A DNA stretch of 64,000 bases from contig CAXHJY010000769.1 of NCBI GenBank assembly GCA_964016885.1, forward strand, positions 1 to 64,000. Direction: 5' to 3'. The translations under genes and the position numbers were made by a program. Position 1 is the stretch's first letter, and each line of letters opens with the position of its first letter. This document shows, one piece after another, positions 25,981 through 37,639 of this stretch. Under the pieces are notes generated by a model that saw nothing but the letters and a program-made list of their open reading frames with translations, made no database searches and was not told the origin of the DNA. The DNA is from Eledone cirrhosa. Taxonomy: Eukaryota.

Positions 25981-26026
<46 letters not shown>

Positions 26027-26066
26027 CATATACATACATATATATATATTTATATACATACCTATA

Positions 26067-27069
26067 CGAGGGGGGACCAAAAAGTTAGAGTAATTTTTCA
26101 GAAAATATGATTTACTTTCAATTTATTTTCTAGTTGCCATCCAGGTCAATACACTTCACAAGGCGATGCTTCCAGCTTCGTAAGCCATCTCTAAAGAAAG
26201 TTGAAGGCCCTGTTCGAAGCCATGTGTTGGCACCGTTTTTAGATTCTTCAACACCACTAAAACGGGTTCCTTTTAGCATTTCTTTGAGTTTTGGAAAAAG
26301 GAGAAAGTCTGATGGTGCTAAATCTGGACTATAAGGCGGGTGAGGAAGCACTTCCCATCAAAATTCTCGAAGAACTTCTTTTGCAAGCCGTGCAGAATGC
26401 GCTGGTGCATTGTCATGGTCAAACAAGATCCCACCATGAAGTTTCCCTTTTCGTTTCTTGACTAATGCCGCTTTCAACTTCCTTAAAACATTTGCATAGT
26501 AAGCTCCTGTCACAGTTCTTTGACCTTCAAGATAATCTATTAGTATCACCTCATCTGAATCCCAGAAAATGGTGGCCATCACTTTTTGATCTGACTTTTG
26601 AGATTTGAACTTGATTGGCCCTGATGATCCACGTGGAAGCCACTATTTTGACTGCTGTTTGGATTCAGGATCATACTGGTAGATCCAGGTTTCATCTCCG
26701 GTGATGATTCTGGTCAGGAAATGCTTTTCATCAACTTCAATTTTGTTTAATATTGCCAAAGACACATCACTTCGAAGAATCAGCTGATCAGGGCGCAACG
26801 CTTTAGGGACCCATCACGCTGAAGACTTGACCCATCATGCTGAAAACTTGTAATTCGATCTTATCTCAAAATAACTATTTTCCATTGTTCCAAAAAGAGG
26901 TTATTTAAAGAGTGTCAGTATTGTACAATAGTCCGCGCATAACTGACTGCAAGTGACTAATAGGAAGGTAAACACCCAGTGACAATGTTCTGACATGTTT
27001 AATATTGTTTTAACCTGATTTTTTCTTGCTACGATAAAATTCCTCGAACTTTTTGATACCCCCCCCTCA
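26067..27069 (-). mobile_element. Decayed, internally deleted mariner (DD34D) DNA transposon
   Basis: Imperfect TIRs (CGAGGGGGACCAAAAAGTT / TGAGGGGGGGGTATCAAAAAGTT) flanked by TA. Motifs ITGDETW, HDNAPAH, HPPYSPDLAPSDF, interrupted by stops. Confidence 0.9.
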
Positions 27070-27089
27070 TATTTATATACATACATATA

Positions 27090-30000
27090 TGATGGCTGCC
27101 CCCTCATTATCGAGTATGGTCATTGCACGAAAAAAAACATAACGCCAATAATAACAATATATATACACAAACACACACAATAACAACAATTAACAGCGCT
27201 GCGATCAAATGTGGCTTTTTAGCCCAGCCAATGATCTAAAATGTCATGCACAGAGATGGAAACCAAAACATTCACTAGGAATAGCCGGCTGTGGTTAGAG
27301 TTCATGTACTGTTGCATGTCGTTTGATGTTAGCATCTTTCAACGAATCCTTATACCTCTTTTTTGGTTTATGTGGAGATTGTTTTCCTTTAACTAACTCT
27401 CCATAAAAGAGTTGTTTTGGTATTCTAGAATCCTTCATCCTGGAAAGGCGACCACTCCAACGGAGTCTTTGCTTAAGCACAAGAGCTTCTATACTGTCAG
27501 AAAGTTTTCCAAAATCTCGATATCACTGATGTGGTCTCTCCAGTGAACGCTATGGATCCGTCTGAAACACATCCGATGGAAACGCTCCAATTGTTTAAGG
27601 TGGTGTCGATATGTAACCCAGGTCTCGCAGGCATAAAGAAGAGAATAGAGCACACATGCCTTGTACACCTTAACCTTTGTCGTCTCACTGACCCCAGAGT
27701 CGCCTTTCTAGCTTTCCGAAAGCATTATTTGCTTTCCTAACCCAGAGTGAAATTTCATTATCAATCGATTGACAGTGCTTCCCAGGTAGACAAACTGATC
27801 AACCACTCCATGTCGTTTTACCATACACATAGATATTTGGCTCACTGTACTGCTTATGGTTTTCTTGCGACTGACAGTCAATTCTAGGGTAGTGCCAGCT
27901 TCAGAAAATGCATTCAAAATGTGCTGCATATCACTCTCTGTGTGCACTACAAGATCGCAATCATCTGCATACAAGAGGTCTCTTATGATTGATGTAAATA
28001 CTTTTGTTTTTGCAGCAAAGCGCCTGATGTTAAATATGCTGCCTGAGGTTCGATATTGGATGTAAATACCATGCTCGCAATTCCTGATTGCAATATAGAA
28101 AACCATTGCAAAGTATATGGCAAACGGTCGGTGCTGGAATATCCTCATTTCACTCCATTTTTTACTGAGATAGGCTCCGACATGTTACCTCTGACATTAA
28201 CCCAAGCCTTCATGTCGTCATGGAAAGACCTAACCAAAGCAAGGAACTTATCAGGGCAACCAAGTTTCTGGAGAACTTTCCACAATGCATTTCTGTTAAG
28301 AGTATCGAAAGCTTTTGTCAGATCGACAAAAACCTGATACAGATCCAAACCTTGTTCCATGAACTCCTCCTGGAGTGTCTAACTGAGAAGATCATATCAG
28401 TAGTACCGCGTCCAGCACGAAAACCAGATTGACTTTCAGGAAGAATACAATCTGCAAAGTGTGTCAGCAGACGGTCCAGAAGCACCCTACATAAAATTTT
28501 TCCTACAACAGAAAGCAATGATATACCTCTGTAGTTTCCACAATAATTCTTGTTACCCTTTCCCTTGTACAAGACCACCATTACTGCATCTCGCCAGTCC
28601 TCAGGTATGGATTCACTAGCCCATATCCTGCCAAACAAAGAGTGAAGATGTTGCAGAAGTCTCTCACCTCCATATTGTAAGAACTCTGCATGTATGCCAT
28701 CCATACCTGGAGACCTTCCTCTGTTCAGCTTCAAGATAGCTACTTTCAGAGGTTTTTCAGGAATGAGATTGAGGAAATCTTCATTGACGACAGACGGCCG
28801 ATTCAAAAGTTCATCAAAGTGCTCTCGCCACCTTCTTAGAATTCCTTGTGAGTCACGAAGAAGTTCCTAGTGGTGTCACCAGAGAAGAAGACGGTCCATA
28901 AACTTCATGCAAGAGACTGTACAACAGCTTTGTATTGGAATCTGGTGCAGCTTGTATGTCATCAGCCTTCTCACTCCATCACTTATCCTTCATCTGAGAA
29001 AGACTCCGCCTAACACGTGATTTCACATCCTTGAGTTCCTTATGCAACATATTCTTCTCCTGTGGTTTTGCTGTCAAGTAGCGTGATAGAGCACGCCTCT
29101 TATCAGCCAACAAGTCTTCTATATGTTCATCATTCTCATTAAACAAGTCTTGATGTTTTCTCTGCACCAATCCCAGAACACACCTGCCTACATCATAAAC
29201 CGACTTTTTAAGGGTCGCCCAATCCTCATCAAGATCTGTAACATGCATCTCTTCTCGCAATGTCCTCTTCACATTTTTATCTTTAAGACGAGCAGCATTC
29301 AATCTTCTAGGCAGGGTAACACCAGGAGCCTGGATTTTACGTTTAGTGATTAGTTTTACTTTTGTGCATACCAGGCGATGGTCCGTTCAGCACTCAGACC
29401 ACGAAAAGCATGAACACACTGCACATCCTGACATAGTCGTAGTTCAAAAGATGCCATTCCTTAGATGCAGGATGCATCCATGTGGTCTTAAATTTGTTCT
29501 TTTGCTGGAACATGGTGTTGGTAACACACAGATCCAGCTCCTCACACTTCTGCAGCAAGAGCATACCATTGTTGTTACACTTCCCCACCCCATGCCTTCC
29601 GATTACATTCCATGTGTTAAAATCCCTACCCACTCTAACATTAAAGTCACCAAGTACGATGACCTTGTCTGTCTGAGGGATATTTCTTAAAACACCTTTC
29701 AAGGTATGGTAAAAATACACTTTTTCTTCATCGACAGAATTCATAGTGGAGCATACACACTCACCAGGGTCGCATATCTTCCTTTGTCCAGCAGAATTCT
29801 CATGGACATAAGACGCTCACTAATGAGAATTCTTCTAATTTATATACAAGAGCAGTCTTAACAGCAAATGCTACCCCAGCCTCTCTTCTGGTTCCTTCAT
29901 CTTTTCCTTTCCAGAAAAATGTATATTCTCCACAAAATTCTGTAAGATCACCATCTCCAGCTAACCTCGTCTCAGATAAAGCTACGATGTCAAGATCGTA

Positions 30001-31543
30001 ACATTGAAGCTCCTTTGTAACAAGAGCGGTTCTTCATTCAGGACGTTCCAAGGAATCCCTGTCTAGCAGCGTCCGTACGTTCCAACAGCCAATATTAAAT
30101 GCCTTGTTTGGCTCTATTACAGTGGCACAATGACGAGCGGGCCCAGGTTGTGATACCCTGGGGCCCCTGCCCTTACTGCCAATTATCTCTTTTGTTCCAG
30201 AACCCTTATTGCCAATTATCTCTTTTATATTGTTTTGGAACATCATTGAATTGGAGGAAAAAAAAAAAAAATAATAACACTATTGATAATTATTAATTAA
30301 TGCAATCGTGCAATGCCTGTGTGTGAAGAATATTTTTAAAGTGAGGAAAGACTGTGCACTGAGCCAATCCCAATCTCTCAGCGACAGTAGCTATAACCCG
30401 AAAAGAAGAAAAGATCAACATCATCGGTAACTACTGAGCCGCAGGTTTTATGTCGGAGTTAACCCAGTTTCCTGAGATGCCTTCTCCTAGAAGAATGCTC
30501 TGACAAGGGCTAGGGATCCGTCACTCCCAGTGGTTTAACTGCACGATCAGGTATCCAGCCCGATTATTTCTATGTCCCCACGCATGAAAATAAAAAAAAA
30601 TAAAAAAAAACTCACTTATTGACACTCATACGCACGACAGACACACACACTCACACACACCAACACTCATGCACACACACGCCACTCACTTACACACACA
30701 CATATATATATTACTGTCATTACTGATACAAGATTATGTCAACTGTTGACTTTCGAAAGAGTTTGTGTTACTGTTCAGTATTATTATAATAATTGCTTTA
30801 CAGCATAGAGCTATGGCCCTCTGTGTTCCTAGCTCAAATCCCGCTGAGGTCAACCTAACCTTTCATTCCCACGGAGTCGATAAAACAGAGCACCAGTAAT
30901 GTGCTGGAACAATCGCTGGCCCCGTGCCAAAAGCAGAGAAATTATTATTATTATAGTTGTTGTTTTCTTAAGGCCCGATCGCTGTTGATTGTGGTGGATG
31001 ATGGTGGCAGTTGTTTTTTTTTTTATCGTTTGATGCTGCAGTTGTTCATTTCATTCTGATGCTGTTGTTGCAGTAGACATTGGTGCCGGTGTTGTTGTTG
31101 TTGTAGATGTTGGGGTTGAAATTTGGTGGTTTTGACTGAGTGATATATATACACATACATATATATATATATATACACACACACATTCAACACAGAGTAA
31201 AGAGTTTGGCAACAGGTCAGTGACATTAGTCTAGATATGGTAATGACTTGTGTAAATGTAAATGTGGTGGTGGGGAGAGAGTTCAGACGTTATTGTGGTG
31301 ACGGGGCAGTGCAATGTATCTAGTTCATTTGTCCATTTTCTTCACTTTTCAAAATTTGAATTTGAATTTTAGCCATGTTATATTGGGATGTAAGTAAATG
31401 TAAAATGTAAATAAAGATTGCTCTGACAAAAAATATGAAAATATTTGTGTAACTTCCACAAACTTCTGTCAGGATATTTCCCCGAGTCTTGTGAGCAAAC
31501 ATTTTGTCAAAACCTACCTCACGAAAAGACAGCGTGTTTTGTC

Positions 31544-31546
<3 letters not shown>
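27090..31546 (-). mobile_element. RTE with C2H2 fingers, copy 2, decayed, with collinear ~1.3 kb 5' leader
   Basis: Fragmented ORFs 27295-30246 match the 9828-13373 protein. Same 3' hairpin. Frameshifts and deletions present. Confidence 0.92.
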
Positions 31547-31606
<60 letters not shown>

Positions 31607-31715
31607 CATAGATATATACATACATACATAGATATATATATACATACATACATAGATATATATATACATACATACATAGATATATATATACATACATACA
31701 TAGATATATATATAC

Positions 31716-31776
<61 letters not shown>

Positions 31777-31796
31777 TACATACATATATATATACA

Positions 31797-32403
31797 TTGT
31801 GGCTGTCAACTCGTTTTCGAGTACAGCCATTACTTTATATCCATGTAGGAGAACCCCTACCAATGCGCTGAACGAGTGTGACTTTTTAGTCCAGCCAGCG
31901 ACTTGAAAACGGTACAAACACTCCACTTGTGACAATTATTGACATATAGTGCTGGGCCCATGGTACCATGTAACGACAAGTGCAGAGAGATCTCCAGATA
32001 TAAAGCAATGCCTGTGCCATGAAGCTTTTATAGTGAGCAAAGGCACTGCACAAAGCCAGTCCCACTCTCTTAACCAAGATGATATTTACCAAAAAGAAGA
32101 ACAAGTCAACATCATTGGATACCATCAGGGTTGCAGGTGTTATATCAGAGTTTTCCTTCTCCTAGAATTCTGCCGTGACAAAGGCTAAGGGGTCATCTCT
32201 CCCGGTGATTTTGGATAGCCATTGACTCTTAAGAGCTCCTTCGCCCTTTGACAGGTTTTGTTTTTAATCCTGCAGGATGTCCAAAGTCACCCTCCTCACC
32301 TAGAAACCTTGGTGGGGTTGCTAGTTTAGTCGCTAACGACCCGACCATGGGACAGGTTGTACTGGAATACGTGTTACTAGTAGCACCAACTGGTGACTTG
32401 ACA
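31797..32403 (-). mobile_element. Longest copy of the non-autonomous RTE derivative
   Basis: Collinear with 20304-20875 plus about 35 extra 5' nt. Confidence 0.85.
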
Positions 32404-32414
32404 TAATATATATA

Positions 32415-32582
32415 TCATCATCATCATCATCGTTTAACGTCCATCTTCCACGTTAGCATGGGTTTGGATGGGAATTTTCCCACTTGAGGCAAGTTTGGTT
32501 GTCTTGCTCGTATAGGAATGTCTGGCGGGTTTTCTACAGCTGGATGCTCTTCCTAACACCAACCACGTTTACAGTGTGGACT
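32415..32582 (-). mobile_element. 3' fragment of RTE family 2 or a related SINE tail
   Basis: (CAT)n CGTTTAACGTCC...CAGCTGGATGCTCTTCCTAACACCAACC. Confidence 0.7.
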
Positions 32583-32698
32583 ATATATATATATACACAT
32601 ACATACATATAAATATATACATACATACATATAAATATATATATATATACATACATATAAATATATACATACATACATATAAATATATATATATATAC

Positions 32699-33095
32699 AT
32701 GGTGGCTGCCAACTCGTTTTCGAGTACGGCCACTACTTTATATCCATGTAGGAGAACCCCTACCGATGCGCTGAACGAATGTGACTTTTTAGTCCAGCCA
32801 GCGACTTGAAAACGGTACAAACACTCCACTTGTGACCATTATTGACACATAGTGCAGGGCCCATGGTACCATGTGATGACAAGTGCAGAGAGATCTCCAG
32901 ATATAAAGCAATGCCTGTGCTGTGAAGCTTTTATAGTGAGCAAAGGCACTGCACAAAGCCAGTCCCACTCTCTTAACCAAGATGATATTTACCAAAAAGA
33001 AGAACAAGTCAACATAATGGATACCATCAGGGTTGCAGGTGTTATATCAGAGTTTTCCTTCTAGAATTCTGCCTTGACAAAGGCTAAGGGGGCCA
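32699..33095 (-). mobile_element. Truncated non-autonomous RTE derivative
   Basis: Collinear with 20304-20700. Confidence 0.85.
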
Positions 33096-33175
33096 TCATA
33101 TATATATACATACATATATACAAACATATATATATATATACATATATATATACATGCATACCTGCATATACATAC

Positions 33176-33352
33176 ATATATAAGAATAAATTAAAAGATG
33201 GTTAAAGAAGTTCCATATATTTTGAAATGCTCATAATAAAATATATGGAACTTTTTTAACCATCTTTTAATTTCTTCTTATATATACTCGAGTTCTATCA
33301 ACTGTTGAGTGCTACTAGTTTTATTGTTCTATAATTAAACTCACCTCCTACA
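33176..33352 (+). mobile_element. Short fold-back PLE terminal fragment (same family as 24641)
   Basis: ~48-bp arms. The loop GAAATGCTCATAAT is the 3' half of the 24852 hammerhead. Same tail. Confidence 0.75.
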
Positions 33353-33457
33353 TTATATACATATATATATTTATACATATATATACATACATATATATAT
33401 ACAAATACACATTTATATACACACAACATATATACCTAGAAATATACACACACACAC

Positions 33458-33720
33458 ATCATCATCATCATCGTTTAACGTCCGTGTTCCATGCTTGCAT
33501 GGGTTTGGACGGCAGTTTTCCCACTTGATGCAAGAGTGGTTGTCTTGCTCGCATAGGACTGTCTGGTGGGTTTTCTACAGTTGGATGCCCTTCCTAACAC
33601 CAACCACATTTACAGTGTGGGGTTGGGAGGTTTTTACCGTGTTGCCTACACGGCCACATTACAGCGTGGACTGTCTGGCAGGTTTTCTACAGCTGGATGC
33701 CCTTCCTAACACCAACCACA
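33458..33720 (-). mobile_element. 3' UTR fragment of RTE family 2 (subfamily B)
   Basis: (CAT)n tail and GGATGCCCTTCCTAACACCAACC repeats matching 40940-41075. Confidence 0.7.
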
Positions 33721-34028
33721 TATATATATATACACATATATATACATACATATATATATATATACATATACATACATATATATATACATATATACATATA
33801 CACACACACATATATATAAATATATATACATATATATATAAATATATACATATATATAAATAAGACCCGTCCCACACTTGTAAGCAGGGAAAAGCGGACG
33901 TAAAATGATGATGATGATATATATACATGCATATACATATATATGTATATACACACATATATATACATACATATATGTATACACACATATATATACATAC
34001 ATATATATATATATACATACATATATAT

Positions 34029-35019
34029 ATCATCATCATCAACGTTTTACGTCCGTTCTTCCACGCTAGCATGGGTTAGACGAGTTGTCCTGTTGTGGGC
34101 AGTGTCTGGTCGGCTGACCATGCCTTGCTAATATAGGAACTGATTTGGCTTCTTTTTACAGCTGGATGCCCTTCCTAACACCAACCTCATTTACAGTGAG
34201 TGCTGGGTGCTTTTTCGTGGCACCTACACGTCCACTTTAGAGTGTGGGCTGGGTGCTTTTTTGCTGTGGCACCTCCACGACCACCTTGCGGTGGGGGGTG
34301 TGGGGGCATATTGTCTATATGCTTCAGCTTGTACCCATGGGAGGTCGGGTACTCTGTATTATTACATGACGCCAGAAGTCACGGTCGTGTGTCATTGTCT
34401 TTGAGCGGTGTAATTGGGTAAGGTCGGCTTTTATCACCTCATCCCAGGTCATCTTGGGTCTCCCCACTCCGCGGTTTCCATCAACTTCTAGTGCTCTGCA
34501 CCTTTTTATGCAGCTGTCATCCTTCATACGCATCACATGTCCATACCAGCGCAACCGCCTCTCCTGCACACAGCATTTGATTCCTCTTATGCTCAGTCTC
34601 TCTCTCAATTCATTTATGCTTTGTAATTCACGTATATTACTGTTACACATCCATCGGAGCATGCAGGCTTCGTTTCTCTCTAATCTACGTAAGTCTTCCA
34701 CCTTCAGCGCCCAGGTCTCACTACCATGCAACATCGCTGTTCGGATACATGCATCATACAGTCTGCCTTTCATTCTGAGGGAGAAGCCTTTTGCAGCTAG
34801 CAGTGGTAGTAGTTCCCTAAACTTCTTCCATCCCGTTCTTACCCTAGTTATTGTACTTTCTGAACACCCACTTCCGTTGCTAATTCGGTCACCTAGGTAG
34901 CAGAAGCTGTCTACTGTTTCTACAGGGCCCTCCCAGAGATTGGTGGTACTTGTTTCCTGTGGCTGTTTGCTGCTTGCTGTCTCAGCACAGCTGCTACATG
35001 TGAAGCCTACATTCTTAAT
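34029..35019 (-). mobile_element. 5'-truncated RTE family 2 copy
   Basis: Reverse complement of ~23640-24630. Confidence 0.92.
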
Positions 35020-35028
35020 ATACATACA

Positions 35029-35060
<32 letters not shown>

Positions 35061-35156
35061 CATACATATATATATATACATACATACATATATACATACA
35101 TATATATATACATACATATATATATACATACATACATATATACATACATACATATA

Positions 35157-35190
<34 letters not shown>

Positions 35191-35274
35191 CATACATATA
35201 TACATACATATATACATACATACATATATACATACATATATACATACATACATACATATATATATATACATACA

Positions 35275-35358
<84 letters not shown>

Positions 35359-35627
35359 CATACATACATATATACATACATACATACATATATATATACA
35401 TACATATATATATATACATATATATATACATACATATATATATATATATACATACATATACATATATATATACACATATATATACACATATATATATACA
35501 CATATATATATACACATATATATACATACATATATATATACACATATATATATACATACATATATATATACACATATATATATACACATATATATATATA
35601 TATATACATATACATACATATATATAT

Positions 35628-35911
35628 AAAAAGTCTAAAGTCTGTCTGAAGCCAGAAGGCTCATTTGGCCGGTGCTTATCCCTGTTTCATGGCGTGAAGC
35701 AACTGAGAGTACAAGACCCCCCACTGGACAGGACACCAGTCCATCGCAGGGTTAAATCTCCAGCTATTGCTGGTACTCATTTTCAGCTGAGTATACTGGA
35801 GGAACGTGAAATGAAGTGTTTTGTTCAAGAACACAACACGCAGCCCAGGAATCGAACCCACGACATTATGATCATAAGTCGAACACTCTTACCACTAGGC
35901 CACATGCCTCC
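35628..35911 (-). mobile_element. tRNA-derived SINE
   Basis: A box TGGCCTAGTGG, B box GGTTCGATTCC, CORE-like GTGTTCTTGAACAAAACACTT, body CCCTGCGATGGACTGGTGTCCTGTCCAG, AGACTTT tail. Confidence 0.75.
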
Positions 35912-35930
35912 ACATATATATATACACATT

Positions 35931-35979
<49 letters not shown>

Positions 35980-35984
35980 CTATA

Positions 35985-36320
35985 CACCCCCGTCACACCA
36001 CCCCCACCCGACCCACACCGCCCCTTTCTATGTAAAATTACGTTGGTGCCACAACATCCAGGCCAAAACAAATGAGATCGTGTAGGTGTCACGACAAAAA
36101 AACACACAGTCCACGCTGTAATGTGGCTGTGTAGGCAACACGCTAAAAACCTCCCAGTCCCACACTGTAAATGTGGTTGGTGTTAGGAAGGGCATCCAAC
36201 TGTAGAAAACCCGCCAGACAGTCCTATGCGAGCAATGACAACCACTCTTGCCTCAAGTAGGAAAACTCCCGTCCAAACCCATGCAAGCGTGGAACATGGA
36301 CGTTAAACAATGATGATGAT
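35985..36320 (+). mobile_element. 3' UTR fragment of RTE family 2 (subfamily B)
   Basis: Reverse complement of 40940-41200 plus (GAT)n tail. Confidence 0.75.
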
Positions 36321-36370
36321 ATACATATATATACACACACACACACATATATATATATATACATACAAAT

Positions 36371-36716
36371 GGAGGCACATGGCTTAGTAGTTAGAGCATT
36401 GGCCTTGCAATCGAAAGGTTGTGAGTTCAATTCTCAGACCGGGTGATGTGTTGTTTCCTTGAGCAAGACACTTTATTTCACATTGCTCCAGTTTACTAAG
36501 CTGTAGAAATGAGATGATAGGGACTGGGGTCCATATCATTCCACTGCAAAGTGGCCGTGGAGGTGCCACGGCAAAAAAAGCACCCAGCACTCACTGTAAA
36601 TGAGGTTGGTGTTAGGAAGGGCATCCAGCTGTAGAAATCAAGCCAGCATCAGTTCCCGTCCCACCCTTGCAAGCAGGGAAAAAGTGGACGTAAAATGAAA
36701 TGATGAATGATGATGA
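36371..36716 (+). mobile_element. tRNA-SINE head joined to an RTE family 2-type tail
   Basis: GGAGGCACATGGCTTAGTAG, GAGTTCAATTC and CCTTGAGCAAGACAC, then AAAAAGCACCCAGCAC...GGACGTAAAATG(ATG)n. Confidence 0.65.
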
Positions 36717-36743
36717 TACATATATATATACATATATATATAT

Positions 36744-36944
36744 TTATGAAAATAAAACAAAGAAGCTTTCAATACATCAAAAGTCTTTATTAGCTAATAA
36801 AGACTTTTGATGTATTGAAGGCTTCTTTGTTTTATTTTCATAATTCTTCGGCTCTGTTTAATTACATTGAGCTATACCTTTTACTGTCATTTCTATAATA
36901 CGAAGAGGGTGTTTAACTCCAACACGCTCCAGTATTTAAATCCT

Positions 36945-36948
<4 letters not shown>
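36744..36948 (+). mobile_element. Fold-back PLE terminal fragment: 100-bp palindrome (36744-36843) plus tail
   Basis: Centre TTAG|CTAA. The tail CGGCTCTGTTT..TACATTGAGCTA..ACTGTCA matches 46130-46168, downstream of a hammerhead. Confidence 0.72.
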
Positions 36949-36969
<21 letters not shown>

Positions 36970-36975
<6 letters not shown>

Positions 36976-37219
36976 AGTGTAATTTTCTACACAAAACGAA
37001 GGTTATAGAGAAAATTGAGGTTGGTAATGGCACATGGAATATATAAGAGACAGAATACTTTTTTGTGAAAAAACATAATTTTATAAGGTAAGGAAATAAT
37101 AAAGGGTATAAAAAATTTTTTATACCCTTTATTATTTCCTTACCTTATAAAATTATGTTTTTTCACAAAAAAGTATTCTGTCTCTTATATATTCCATGTG
37201 CCATTACCAACCTCAATTT

Positions 37220-37227
<8 letters not shown>
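36970..37227 (-). repeat. 224-bp essentially perfect palindrome (37004-37227) with one-sided tail, in a TA repeat
   Basis: Centre AAAAAA|TTTTTT at 37115/37116. Same architecture as the other fold-backs. Confidence 0.85.
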
Positions 37228-37267
<40 letters not shown>

Positions 37268-37327
37268 CATATATATATATATATACCTATATATAGAAGT
37301 GGTAACACAACAGTTAGTTCACCATAC

Positions 37328-37365
37328 CGAGAACAATTGTTTCACCTTAGCGGATCCTCAGCTCG
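37328..37365 (-). ncRNA. Minimal hammerhead (GUU site) in an inverted pLTR 5' of PLE 2
   Basis: Minus strand CGAG-CTGAGGA-t-CC-gctaa-GG-t-GAAAC-aatt-GTT-CTCG. Palindromic stem III AACAATTGTT. Confidence 0.72.
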
Positions 37366-37639
37366 TAATGGACATGGTTATATGGAACAGGAAAAACAAC
37401 CGTACGAACGCGCATGCACAGAAACGATCACTTCACACAGGCAATACTAAATTGTGTGCGAGAGGTGTAAGGGAGATAACTACGAAAGTTTCTAGTTGAT
37501 AAGAAAATTAGGATGTAATTCAATCTGGAGCTTTGTAGTTATGTGAGAGGTGTTTCCAGACATGTGGACAGCGTGTGAAGAATTCATTTCTCGTGTTTAG
37601 GCAATCACTATTGCGTAATCTCTTTAAAATAATTATTCG

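Noticed and set aside
34324-35619. 431-aa ORF as a novel fusion protein (similarly 39275-40360, 40253-40999, 51372-52055)
   Set aside because: Chance read-through from microsatellite or a neighbouring element into truncated RT sequence.
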